64,000 nt of DNA from an uncultured Gammaproteobacteria bacterium (lineage in GTDB: Bacteria; Pseudomonadota; Gammaproteobacteria; UBA9214). Each line of letters begins with the position of its first letter. Within the stretch, counting starts at the first letter, position 1. The stretch is from positions 32,001 through 96,000 of the forward strand of contig CAWHCQ010000014.1 in assembly GCA_963827755.1 (NCBI GenBank). The letters are read 5' to 3'. The notes beneath the pieces were generated by a model. It worked only from the letters and a program-made list of their open reading frames with translations. It searched no databases and was not told where the DNA came from. Shown here in pieces: positions 1 to 13,700 of the stretch. The position numbers and the translations under genes were made by a program.

Positions 1-3000
1 AGCAGGGGGCAATACCAACAACGGCACCATCAACTGGGACTACACCATCACCGAGGCCGAGCTGGACTTCCTGGCCGCGGGCGAGACAGTCACGGTGGTC
101 TACACGATCACGGTCAATGACGCCAATGGCGGCACCGACACCCAGGATGTGACGGTCACCATCACCGGTGCCAATGACGTCCCGGTCATCGCGGTTGTGG
201 ATGTTGCTGGCAGTATCACTGAAGGCGCCACACTGAGTGATGCCGGTTCGATCACCTTTACCGATCTCGACCTGACTGATACGCCGACAGCAAGTGAGGC
301 CACCAAGTCGATCACCACTACGCTGACGCTGACAGCCGCCCAGCAGAGTGCGATCGAGAATGCCTTTACCATCAGTGCTGATGCCGGCAACACCAACAAC
401 GGCACCATTAACTGGGACTACACGATCAGTGAGGCCAGCCTCAACTTCCTGGCAGCAGGCGAGACAGTCACGGCCGTGTTCACCATTACCATGGACGACG
501 GTAACGGTGGCACTGACACCCAGGATGTAACCATCTCTATCACGGGCAGTAATGATGCCCCGGTCATCGCCGTCGTCGATGTAACCGGCAGCATCACTGA
601 AGGCACAACGCTCACCGACAGTGGTTCGATTACCTTCACCGATCTCGACCTGACCGACATGCCAACGGCGACCGAGGTCACCAAGTCCGTGACCACGGCA
701 CTGACGCTGACAGCCGCGCAGCAGAGTGCGATCGAGAATGCCTTCACCATCAGTGCGGCAGGGGGCAACACCAATAACGGGACCATCAACTGGGATTACA
801 CCATCACGGAAGGTGAACTCGACTTCCTCGCCGCCGGCGAAACGGTCACAGTTGTCTACACTATCACGGTGAATGATGCCAATGGCGGCACCGACACCCA
901 GGATGTGACGGTGACCATCACCGGTGCCAATGACGTCCTGGTTATCGCCGTCGTTGATGTGGCAGGCGCCATCACCGAGGGCGCCACGCTGAGTGATGCC
1001 GGCTCGATCACCTTCACCGATCTCGATCTGACTGATACGCCGACGGCCACGGAAGTGACCAAGTCCGTCACTACGGCGCTGACCCTGACGGCCGCGCAGC
1101 AGACCGCGATCGAGAATGCCTTCACCATCAGCCCCGATGCCGGCAACACCAACAACGGCACCATCAACTGGGATTACACCATCACCGAGGCCGAGCTGGA
1201 CTTCCTCGCCGCCGGCGAGACGGTCACGGTTGTCTACACCATCACCGTCGATGACGCCAACGGTGGCACCGACACCCAGGATGTGACCATCACCATCACC
1301 GGTGCGAACGACGTCCCGGTTATTGCGGTCGTCGATGTTGCAGGCAGTATCACAGAAGGCGCCACACTGAGTGATGCCGGTTCGATCACTTTTACCGATC
1401 TCGACCTGACCGATACGCCGACGGCGAGTGAAGTCACGAAATCTGTGACTACAACACTGACGCTGACAGCCGCGCAGCAAAGTGCAATTGAGAATGCCTT
1501 TACCATCAGTGCAGCGGGGGGCAACACCAATAACGGCACCATCAACTGGGACTACACCATTACCGAGGCCGAGCTCGACTTCCTGGCCGCGGGTGAAACA
1601 GTCACGGTCGTGTCTACACCATCACGGTGAATGACGCCAATGGCGGCACCGACACCCAGGATGTGACGGTCACGATCACCGGCGCCAATGACGCCCCGGT
1701 TATTGCGGTTGTCGATGTGGCAGGTAGCATCACCGAGGGCACGACGCTAAGTGATGCCGGTTCGATCACCTTTACCGATCTCGACCTGACTGATACGCCG
1801 ACGGCCACGGAAGTGACCAAGTCCGTTACTACGGCGCTGACGCTGACGGCCGCGCAGCAGACCGCGATCGAGGACGCCTTCACCATCAGCCCCGATGCCG
1901 GCAACACCAACAACGGCACCATCAACTGGGATTACACCATCACCGAGGCCGAGCTGGACTTCCTGGCCGCCGGTGAGACAGTCACGGTGGTCTACACCAT
2001 CACCGTCGATGACGCCAACGGCGGCACCGATACCCAGGATGTGACCATCTCCATCACCGGCGCGAACGACGCCCCGGTCATTGCGGTTGTTGACGTAACA
2101 GGCACCATCACCGAGGGCACGACACTCACTGACAGTGGTTCGATCACCTTTACCGATCTCGACCTGACCGATACACCGACGGCCACCGAGGTCACCAAGT
2201 CCGTGACCACGGCACTGACCCTGACGGCCGCGCAGCAGAGTGCGATCGAGGATGCCTTCACCATCAGCCCCGATGCGCTCAATACCAACGACGGCACCAT
2301 CAACTGGGATTACACCATCACCGAGGCCGAGCTGGACTTCCTGGCCGCGGGCGAGACAGTCACGGTGGTCTACACGATCACGGTCAATGACGCCAATGGC
2401 GGCACCGACACCCAGGATGTGACGGTCACGATCACCGGCGCGAATGACGCCCCGGTTATCGCCGTTGTCGACGTGGCCGGTAGTATCACCGAGGGCACGA
2501 CACTCACTGACAGTGGCTCGATCACCTTTACCGATCTCGACCTGACCGATACACCGACGGCCACCGAGGTCACCAAGTCCGTGACCACGGCACTGACGCT
2601 GACGGCCGCGCAGCAGAGTGCGATCGAGGATGCCTTCACCATCAGCCCCGATGCACTCAATACCAACGACGGCACCATCAACTGGGATTACACCATCACC
2701 GAGGCCGAGCTCGACTTCCTGGCCGCGGGCGAGACAGTCACGGTGGTCTACACGATCACGGTGAATGACGCCAATGGCGGCACCGACACCCAGGATGTGA
2801 CGGTCACGATCACCGGCGCGAATGACGCCCCGGTTATCGCCGTTGTCGATGTGGCCGGTAGTATCACCGAGGGCACGACGCTCACTGACAGTGGCTCGAT
2901 CACCTTTACCGATCTCGACCTGACCGATACACCGACGGCCACCGAGGTCACCAAGTCCGTGACCACGGCACTGACCCTGACGGCCGCGCAGCAGAGTGCG

Positions 3001-4715
3001 ATCGAGGATGCCTTCACCATCAGCCCCGATGCACGGTCAATACCAACAACGGCACCATCAACTGGGATTACACCATCACCGAGGCCGAGCTGGACTTCCT
3101 GGCCGCGGGCGAGACAGTCACGGTGGTCTACACGATCACGGTCAATGACGCCAATGGCGGCACCGACACCCAGGATGTGACGGTCACGATCACCGGCGCC
3201 AACGACGCCCCGGTTATCGCCGTCGTCGATGTGGCCGGCAGTATCACCGAGGGCACGACACTCAGTGACGCTGGCTCGATCACCTTTACCGATCTCGACC
3301 TGACCGATACACCGACGGCCACCGAGGTCACCAAGTCCGTGACCACGGCACTGACCCTGACGGCCGCGCAGCAGAGTGCGATCGAGGATGCCTTCACCAT
3401 CAGCCCCGATGCACTCAATACCAACGACGGCACCATCAACTGGGATTACACCATCACCGAGGCCGAGCTGGACTTCCTGGCCGCGGGCGAGACAGTCACG
3501 GTGGTCTACACGATCACGGTCAATGACGCCAATGGCGGCACCGACACCCAGGATGTGACGGTCACGATAACAGGCGCGAATGACGCCCCGGTTATCGCCG
3601 TCGTCGACGTGGCCGGTAGTATCACCGAGGGCACGACACTCACTGACAGTGGCTCGATTACCTTTACCGATCTCGACCTGACCGATACACCGACGGCCAC
3701 CGAGGTCACCAAGTCCGTGACCACGGCACTGACCCTGACGGCCGCGCAGCAGAGTGCGATCGAGGATGCCTTCACCATCAGCCCCGATGCACTCAATACC
3801 AACGACGGCACCATCAACTGGGATTACACCATCACCGAGGCCGAGCTGGACTTCCTGGCCGCGGGCGAGACAGTCACGGTGGTCTACACGATCACGGTGG
3901 ATGACGCCAACGGCGGCACCGACACCCAGGATGTGACGGTCACGATCACCGGCGCGAATGACGCCCCGGTTATCGCGGTCGTCGACGTGGCCGGTAGTAT
4001 CACCGAGGGCACGACACTCACTGACAGTGGTTCGATCACCTTTACCGATCTCGACCTGACCGATACACCGACGGCCACCGAGGTCACCAAGTCCGTGACC
4101 ACGGCACTGACCCTGACGGCCGCGCAGCAGAGTGCGATCGAGGATGCCTTCACCATCAGCCCCGATGCACGGCAATACCAACAACGGCACCATCAACTGG
4201 GATTACACCATCACCGAGGCCGAGCTGGACTTCCTGGCCGCGGGCGAGACAGTCACGGTGGTCTACACGATCACGGTCAATGACGCCAATGGCGGCACCG
4301 ACACCCAGGATGTGACGGTCACCATCACCGGCGCGAATGACGCCCCGGTTATCGCCGTTGTCGACGTGGCCGGCAGTATCACCGAGGGCACGACACTCAC
4401 TGACAGTGGCTCGATCACCTTTACCGATCTCGACCTGACCGATACACCGACGGCCACCGAGGTCACCAAGTCCGTGACCACGGCGCTGACCCTGACGGCC
4501 GCGCAGCAGACCGCGATCGAGGATGCCTTCACCATCAGCCCCGATGCACGTCAATACCAACGACGGCACCATCAACTGGGATTACACCATCACCGAGGCC
4601 GAGCTCGACTTCCTGGCCGCCGGCGAGACAGTCACGGTGGTCTACACGATCACGGTCAATGACGCCAACGGCGGCACCGACACCCAGGATGTGACGGTTA
4701 CCATCATTGGAAGTA
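1..4715 (+). repeat. Tandem 378-bp coding repeat array 1 (about 12 full units plus a partial)
   Basis: NDAPVI-encoding motif recurs near 173, 550, 928, 1306, 1686, 2065, 2443, 2821, 3200, 3578, 3956 and 4337. Confidence 0.95.
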
Positions 4716-7700
4716 ATGACGCGCCAGTGCTGAATAACAGCGGCATAATGAATTTGCCAAATGTATTAATGAATGCGACAGATCCTGGCGGTGAACTGGT
4801 ATCAGCAATTATTGCCAGCGCCGGTGGTGATCGAATCACTGATGTTGATTCAGGCAGCGTAGAAGGGATCGCGGTCACGGCGGTTGATGATATAAACGGC
4901 ACCTGGGAATATTCCACCAACGGCGGTACCAGCTGGACAGCATTTGGGCTGGTTACTAACGGATCGGCGGTCGTGTTGATGGACACGACTAATGACCTCA
5001 TACGTTTTGTCCCAACCCCGGGGTTTACTGGTAATGCTGCAATCACATTCCGCGCATGGGATGCCACAGACGGAAATACAAGCGGCACTGGCGCCGTCAA
5101 TACCGGCACGGGTGGTGTTGCTACAGCGTTCAGCAGTGCAACTGAATCGGCAAGCATATATGTCGAACCGGCCGAAAGCGGGATGTGGTTATCGACGGAC
5201 AGTGATGTTGGTCCGGACTATGGTGAGGCTACCAGCGGTGTAGCGGGACTGTCCAGTTGGTCCGAGGGTACCGTAATCGGGATGGGTGACCCAAACCTTT
5301 CCTATGGCGTGGGCACCACGAACGGCACCTTCCAGGCCGTGAGCAATTTTGACCTGTTCGCTGCTGATAACGATGTGGAAATCACCGGCCTGCATTATGT
5401 CGGTTCCAATATAACCGTTACCGGTGCCGGTATATCCGGCGGCAGTATTGACCTGACGGTCGGAGACATGTTGTTTAGCACGGACGATGCCGAGTCGCTT
5501 TCAAATGCCGCGGCAGGCGCACCGGCAGGCTGGTCGAACAGTATCGCAACAGCGCCTGGAAGTATCTATGCCTTCCGCGCCGAAAATGCGGGTGACTACA
5601 GCAGCGGCTTCTTCCGCCTGGTAATGAACGACCCGGCGGTCAACGAGACCCAGGGCCTGACCCTGGTGGAAGCGGACACAAAAATCGGCAATACCTGGGT
5701 CGATGCCGGCGACTTCCTGTATGTACAGTCAGGGAATATCCAGCAAAATGAAATTTTCTGGTATGACACCAGTGCCAACACATCCTTCCAGCTGATAGAT
5801 GGGGCGGACATCGGCATAGATAATGGTGGAGGAGAGCCCGAGCTCATTGGTATCGAGCTGATCGAGAACTCGACCATTGTTGGTGGTGTAGCGCTGAACA
5901 GTGGAAATATTCTGCTTACCATCGACAGGTCAGACAACGTTGGCGACAATAATTTGTCGGTCAAGCGCCAGGACGTGTTTGTCCTCAATGTGACGGCGAC
6001 GACGCTCGACTCCGGCACTGCGCTCGCCACGGCCAGCCTGTTGTTTGATGGTGATGACGTCAACTTTGATAACAGCCGCGAGAACGTGGACGCCCTGAGT
6101 CTGTTCGTTCGCGGTAGTGGTACAAACCAGGCGCCGGTACTGGGAACAACAAGCGGTGCTGCAAGCTACACTGAAAACAATCCCCACGTTGTTATTGATG
6201 GCAGTATCACTGTGTCCGATGTGGATTCCCCTGATTTCAACGGCGGTATCCTCAGTGTTAATTTCAGTGCAGGTGGCGCAACCGGTGACCGTTTATCGAT
6301 CTTCAACCAGGGTACTGGCGCGGGACAAATCGGCGTCAGTGGCGATGATGTCACTTTCGGCGGTGTCACTATCGGTATCTTTCACAGGTGGATTGAACAG
6401 CACAGATCCACTGGTTATCAATCTGAATGCCAACGCCGATGTGGCGGCCACGCAGACGCTGCTGCGAAACATCACCTTCTGGAATGTATCGAGACAACCC
6501 GTCCACGCTTGCGCGTACCGTGAGTTTTGTTCTGAACGACGGTGATGGCGGTACCAGTAACGTCATTTCGCAGACAGTAAATGTCACTGCCGTGGCTGAT
6601 GCACCCGTGGCGGTAAATGACAACTCGGGTCTCGACTTCGATGGCATCGATGACTATGTAGCCATCGCAGACAGCGCCAGCCTGACGATGACGAACACCA
6701 TGACCATGGAGGCCTGGATCAAGGCGGACGCATCGGCCAACGTCAACCGGATGATCATCAACAAGGAGGGTGAGTACGAGGTTGCCCTGTTCTCGGATGG
6801 CACTATTAACTGGGCATTCGCCAACAGCGATCCCGGCTGGACCTGGCATAATACCGGCTACGTGGTGGCAGACGGCGAGTGGACCCACATCGCGGTAGCC
6901 TATGACAATGGCACGGTGTCGACCTACGTCAACGGTACACTCGTCGATGTGTACAACGGTTCGGGGTCCCTTGGTGACGCCCATGCCACGCTGGATGAGC
7001 TGCGCATCGGCGGCCGCTCGAACAACCCGGCCGGTAAATACTTCGATGGCCAGATCGACGAGGTCCGGATCTGGAATACGGCGCGGACCCAGGCTGAGAT
7101 CCAGGCCTCGCTTGACCAGGTCTTGACTGGTGCTGAAGCCGGCCTCGCGGGTTACTGGAACTTCAACGAAGGCTCGGGTAGCAGCTGTTGCCGATCTGAC
7201 CGGGAATGGAAATACCGGCACACTGATCGATGGCGGGGCAGGGACCGCCGGGCCGCAGTGGACGGGCTACAGCACCGACCAGGATACACAGATCAGTATT
7301 ATCGCGGTCAATGGCGTCGTGGCGAACGACATTGACGGTGACGGTGATGCATTGACCGTCACGCAGGTCAATGGCAGCGGCGCCAACGTCGGTTCGCTGT
7401 TTACGTTGCCGTCAGGCGCAAATCTTACCGTTGGCACCCTCGGCGATTTTATCTACGATCCCAACGGTGCATTTGATTACCTTGCTGCCGGCCAGGTTGC
7501 CACGGACAGTTTCACCTACCAGGTCGATGATGGTAACGGCGGTACGGATACTGCCACCGTTACTCTTCGTATTACAGGGACAGCGGACGCCCCGACAAGC
7601 AACAACGTCGGTGCTACCGGAGATGAAGATGATACCTCGATCGCCATCACCCTCACCGGCAGTGATGTTGACGGCAGCGTAGACTTTTACCAGCTCACCA

Positions 7701-10700
7701 GTCTGCCTGCCAATGGCACGCTCTACACTGATGCCACGTTATTAATACGCTGCCGCGACCGGCAGCGATTACGCTGCCACGGCCGAAGCGCTGACACTCT
7801 ATTTCGTGCCGAATCTCGACTGGAACGGGGTCACCAGCTTCCAGTTTGCAGCTAAAGATAACAGCGGCCTGCTCGATGCCACACCCGCCACGGCAACGAT
7901 CACTGTCGATGCTGTGAACGATGCCCCGGTCATCGCCATTGTCGATGTTACAGGTAGCATTACCGAGGGCGCTACACTGAGTGATGCCGGTTCGATTACC
8001 TTTACCGACGTCGACGTGAGCGATACGCCAACGGCAACTGAAGTCACCAAGTCCGTGACCACGGCACTGACGCTGACGGCTGCACAGCAAACCGCAATCG
8101 AGGATGCCTTTACGATCAGCCCTGATGCCGGCAATACCAACAACGGCACCATTAACTGGGATTACACCATCACCGAGGCCGAGCTTGACTTCCTCGCCGC
8201 CGGCGAGACGGTCACCGTGGTGTATACCATCACGGTCGATGACGCCAACGGCGGCACCGACACCCAGGATGTGACGGTCACGATTACCGGCGCCAACGAC
8301 GCCCCGGTCATTGCGGTTGTCGATGTCGCCGGCGCCATCACCGAGGGCACGACACTCACTGACAGTGGTTCGATCACGTTTACCGACCTCGACCTGACGG
8401 ATACACCGACGGCCACCGAGGTCGACCAAGTCCGTGACGACGGCGCTGACCCTGACGGCCGCGCAGCAGACCGCGATCGAGGATGCCTTTACCATCAGCC
8501 CGGATGCCGGCAACACCAACAACGGCACCATCAACTGGGATTACACCATCACCGAGGCCGAGCTCGACTTCCTCGCCGTCGGCGAGACGGTCACGGTGGT
8601 CTACACCATCACGGTGAATGACGCCAACGGCGGCACCGATACCCAGGATGTGACGATCACCATCACCGGCGCGAACGACGCCCCGGTCATTGCGGTTGTC
8701 GATGTAACAGGCGCCATCACCGAGGGCACCACGCTCACCGACAGTGGTTCGATCACCTTTACCGATCTTGACCTGACCGATACACCGACGGCCACCGAGG
8801 TCACCAAGTCTGTGACCACTGCGCTGACACTGACGGCCGCACAGCAGACTGCGATCGAGGATGCCTTCACCATCAGCCCGGATGCCGGCAACACCAACAA
8901 CGGTACGATTAACTGGGATTACACCATCACCGAGGCCGAACTTGATTTTCTGGCCGCCGGCGAGACGGTCACGGTGGTCTACACCATCACGGTCGATGAC
9001 GCCAATGGCGGCACCGATACCCAGGATGTGACGGTCACCATCACCGGCGCCAACGACGCCCCGGTCATTGCGGTCGTCGATGTGGCCGGCAGCATCACCG
9101 AGGGTACGACACTCAGTGACAGCTGGCTCGATCACCTTTACCGATCTCGACCTGACCGATACGCCGACGGCCACCGAGGTCACCAAGTCCGTGACCACGG
9201 CACTGACGCTGACGGCCGCACAGCAGACCGCGATCGAGGATGCCTTCACCATCAGTCCGGATGCCGGCAACACCAACAACGGCACCATCAACTGGGACTA
9301 CACCATCACCGAGGCCGAACTCGATTTTCTCGCCGCCGGCGAGACGGTGACGGTGGTGTATACGATTACGGTCGATGACGGCAATAGTGGCACCGACACC
9401 CAGGATGTGACCATCACGATCACCGGCACCAACGACGCACCCGGTCATCGCCATTGTCGATGTCACCGGCAGCATTACCGAGGGCGCGACACTTACCGAT
9501 AGTGGCTCGATCACCTTTACCGATCTGGACCTGACCGATACGCCAACGGCGACTGAGGTCACCAAGTCCGTGACCACGGCGCTGACGCTGACGGCCGCCC
9601 AGCAAACTGCCATTGAGGACGCCTTTACCATCAGTGCGCATGCTGGCAATACCAACAACGGCACCATCAACTGGGATTACACCATCACCGAGGCCGAGCT
9701 TGACTTCCTGGCAGCCGGTGAGACGGTCACGGTGGTCTACACCATCACGGTCGATGACGCCAATGGCGGTACCGATACCCAGGATGTGACGGTCACCATT
9801 ACCGGCGCCAACGACGCCCCGGTCATTGCGATCGTCGATGTGGCAGGCAGCATCACCGAAGGTGCCACGCTGACCGACAGTGGCTCGATCACCTTTACCG
9901 ATCTCGATCTGACCGATACGCCAACGGCAACGGAAGTGACCAAGTCCGTGACCACGGCACTGACCCTGACGGCTGCACAGCAGACCGCGATCGAGGATGC
10001 CTTCACCATCAGTCCCGGATGCGGGCAATACCAACAACGGTACCATCAACTGGGACTACACCATCACCGAGGCCGAGCTTGATTTTCTCGCAGCCGGCGA
10101 GACGGTCACGGTGGTTTACACCATTACGGTCGATGACGCCAATGGCGGCACGGATACCCAGGATGTCACGGTCACCATTACCGGCGCCAACGACGCCCCG
10201 GTCATCGCTGTCGTCGATGTCACAGGCGTCATCACCGAAGGCACTACGCTGACTGACAGTGGCTCGATCACCTTTACCGATCTCGACCTGACCGATACAC
10301 CGACGGCGAGTGAGGCCACCAAGTCGGTCACCACGGCACTGACGCTGACGGCTGCCCAGCAAACGGCCATCGAGAATGCCTTTACCATCAGTGCCGATGC
10401 CGGCAACACCAACAACGGTACCATCAACTGGGATTACACCATCACCGAGGCCGAACTCGACTTCCTCGCCGCGGGCGAGACGGTGACCGTGGTATTCACC
10501 ATCACGGTGGATGATGGCAATGGCGGCACCGACACCCAGGATGTGACGGTCACTATCACCGGCGCCAACGATGCCCCGGTCATCGCCGTTGGTCGATGTC
10601 ACAGGCAGTATCACCGAGGGCAGTACACTCACCGACAGCGGTTCGATCACCTTTACCGATCTTGACCTGACCGATACACCAACGGCCACGGAAGTGACCA

Positions 10701-13700
10701 AGTCCGTGACCACGGCACTGACATTGACGGCCGCCCAGCAGACGGCGATCGAGGACGCCTTCACCATCAGTGCGGCGGGGGGTAATACCAACAACGGCAC
10801 CATCAACTGGGATTACACCATCACCGAGGCCGAGCTCGACTTCCTGGCCGCCGGCGAGACAGTCACGGTGGTCTACACCATCACGGTCAATGACGCCAAC
10901 GGCGGCACCGACACCCAGGATGTGACGGTCACGATCACCGGTGCCAACGACGCCCCGGTCATTGCGGTCGTCGATGTGGCCGGCAGCATCACCGAGGGTA
11001 CGACACTGAGTGATGCCGGCTCGATCACCTTTACCGATCTGGACCTCACCGATACACCAACGGCAACGGAGGTGACCAAGTCGGTGACCACGGCATTGAC
11101 CCTGACGGCTGCACAGCAGACCGCGATCGAGGATGCCTTCACCATCAGCCCTGATGCCGGCAATACCAACAACGGCACCATCAACTGGGATTACACCATC
11201 ACCGAGGCCGAGCTCGATTTCCTCGCCGCCGGCGAGACGGTCACGGTGGTCTACACCATCACCGTCGATGATGCCAACGGCGGCACCGACACCCAGGATG
11301 TGACGGTCACCATCACCGGCGCCAACGACGCCCCGGTCATTGCGGTCGTCGATGTCGCAGGCGCTATCACCGAAGGCACCACGCTGAGTGATGCTGGTTC
11401 GATCACCTTTACCGATCTCGACCTGACGGATACGCCGACGGCAAGTGAGGCCACCAAGTCAGTCACCACGGCACTGACGCTGAGTGCGGCGCAGCAAGCT
11501 GCGATCGAGAATGCCTTCACGCATCAGTGCGGCGATGCAGGCAATACCAACAACGGCACCATCAACTGGGATTACACCATCACCGAGGCCGAGCTCGACT
11601 TCCTCGCGGCCGGCGAGACGGTCACGGCCGTGTTCACCATTACCGTCGATGACGGCAATGGCGGCACCGACACCCAGGATGTGACGGTCACGATCACCGG
11701 CAGCAACGACGCGCCGGTCATTGCGGTCGTCGATGTGGCAGGTAGTATCACCGAGGGCAGCACGCTGAATGATGCCGGTTCGATCACCTTTACCGATCTT
11801 GACCTCACCGATACACCAACGGCGAGTGAAGTCACCAAGTCCGTGACCACGTCGCTGACACTGACAGCCGCCCAGCAGGCCGCAATCGAGGACGCCTTCA
11901 GCATCAGTGCAGCGGCAGGCAATGCCAATAACGGCACCATCAACTGGGACTACACCATCACCGAGGCCGAGCTTGACTTCCTCGCCGCCGGCGAGACGGT
12001 CACGGTTGTCTATACCATCACCGTCGATGACGCCAATGGCGGCACCGACACCCAGGATGTGACGGTCACCATCACCGGCTGCCAACGATGCCCCGGTCAT
12101 CGCGGTTGTCGATGTGGCCGGCAGTATTACCGAGGGCAGCACGCTGAGTGATGCCGGTTCGATCACCTTTACCGATCTCGACCTGACCGATACACCGACG
12201 GCAACCGAGGTCACCAAGTCCGTGACCACGGCGCTGACGCTGACAGCCGCCCAGCAGACAGCGATCGAGGATGCCTTCACGATCAGTGCCGGATGCCGGC
12301 AACACCAACAACGGCACCATCAACTGGGATTACACCATCACCGAAGGCAGAGCTCGACTTCCTCGCCGCGGGTGAAATAGTCACGGTGGTCTATACCATC
12401 ACCGTCGATGACGCCAATGGCGGTACCGACACCCAGGATGTCACGGTCACCATCACCGGTGCCAATGATGCCCCGGTCATTGCGGTGGTCGATGTGGCCG
12501 GCAGTATTACCGAGGGCGCCACGCTTACTGACAGTGGTTCGATCACCTTTACCGATCTCGACCTCACCGATACACCAACGGCGAGTGAAGTCACAAAATC
12601 CGTGACAACGGCACTGACGCTCAGTGCAGCGCAGCAGGCTGCAATCGAGAATGCCTTCAGCATCAGTGCGGCAGCAGGCAACACCAACAATGGCGCCATT
12701 AACTGGGACTACACGATCAGTGAGGCAAATCTCGACTTCCTTGCCGCGGGCGAGACCGTCACGGCCGTGTTCACCATTACCGTGGACGACGGCAACGGTA
12801 GCACTGACACCCAGGATGTGAGCGTCACCATCACCGGTGCGAACGACGCCCCGGTCATTGCCATCGTCGATGTGGTGGGTAGTATCACCGAGGGCACGAC
12901 ACTCACCGACACTGGCTCGATCACCTTTACCGATCTCGACCTTACCGATACACCGACGGCCACCGAGATCACCAAGTCAGTGACCACGGCACTGACCCTG
13001 ACGGCTGCACAGCAAACCGCAATCGAGGACGCCTTCAGCATCAGTGCGGCAGCAGGCAACACCAACAACGGCACCATTAACTGGGACTACACGATCACCG
13101 AGGCCGAGCTCGACTTCCTCGCCGCCGGCGAGACGGTCACGGTCGTCTATACGATCACCGTCGATGACGCCAATGGCGGCACCGACACCCAGGATGTGAC
13201 GGTCACCATCACCGGCAGCAACGATGCCCCGGTCATCGCGGTTGTCGATGTGGCCGGCAGTATCACCGAGGGCAGCACGCTGAGTGATGCCGGTTCGATC
13301 ACCTTTACCGATCTCGACCTGACCGATACACCGACGGCGACTGAGGTCACCAAGTCGGTGACCACGGCACTGACACTGACGGCCGCCCAGCAGGCCGCGA
13401 TCGAGGATGCCTTCACGCATCAGTCCGGATGCCGGCAACACCAACAACGGCACCATCAACTGGGATTACACCATCACCGAGGCCGAGCTCGACTTCCTCG
13501 CCGCCGGCGAGACGGTCACGGTCGTCTTCACCATTACCGTCGATGACGGCAACGGCGGCACCGATACCCAGGATGTGACGGTCACCATCACCGGCGCCAA
13601 CGACGCCCCGGTCATTGCGGTTGTCGATGTCGACAGGCAGTATCACCGAAGGCAGCACGCTGACCGACAGTGGTTCGATCACCTTTAGCGATCTCGACCT

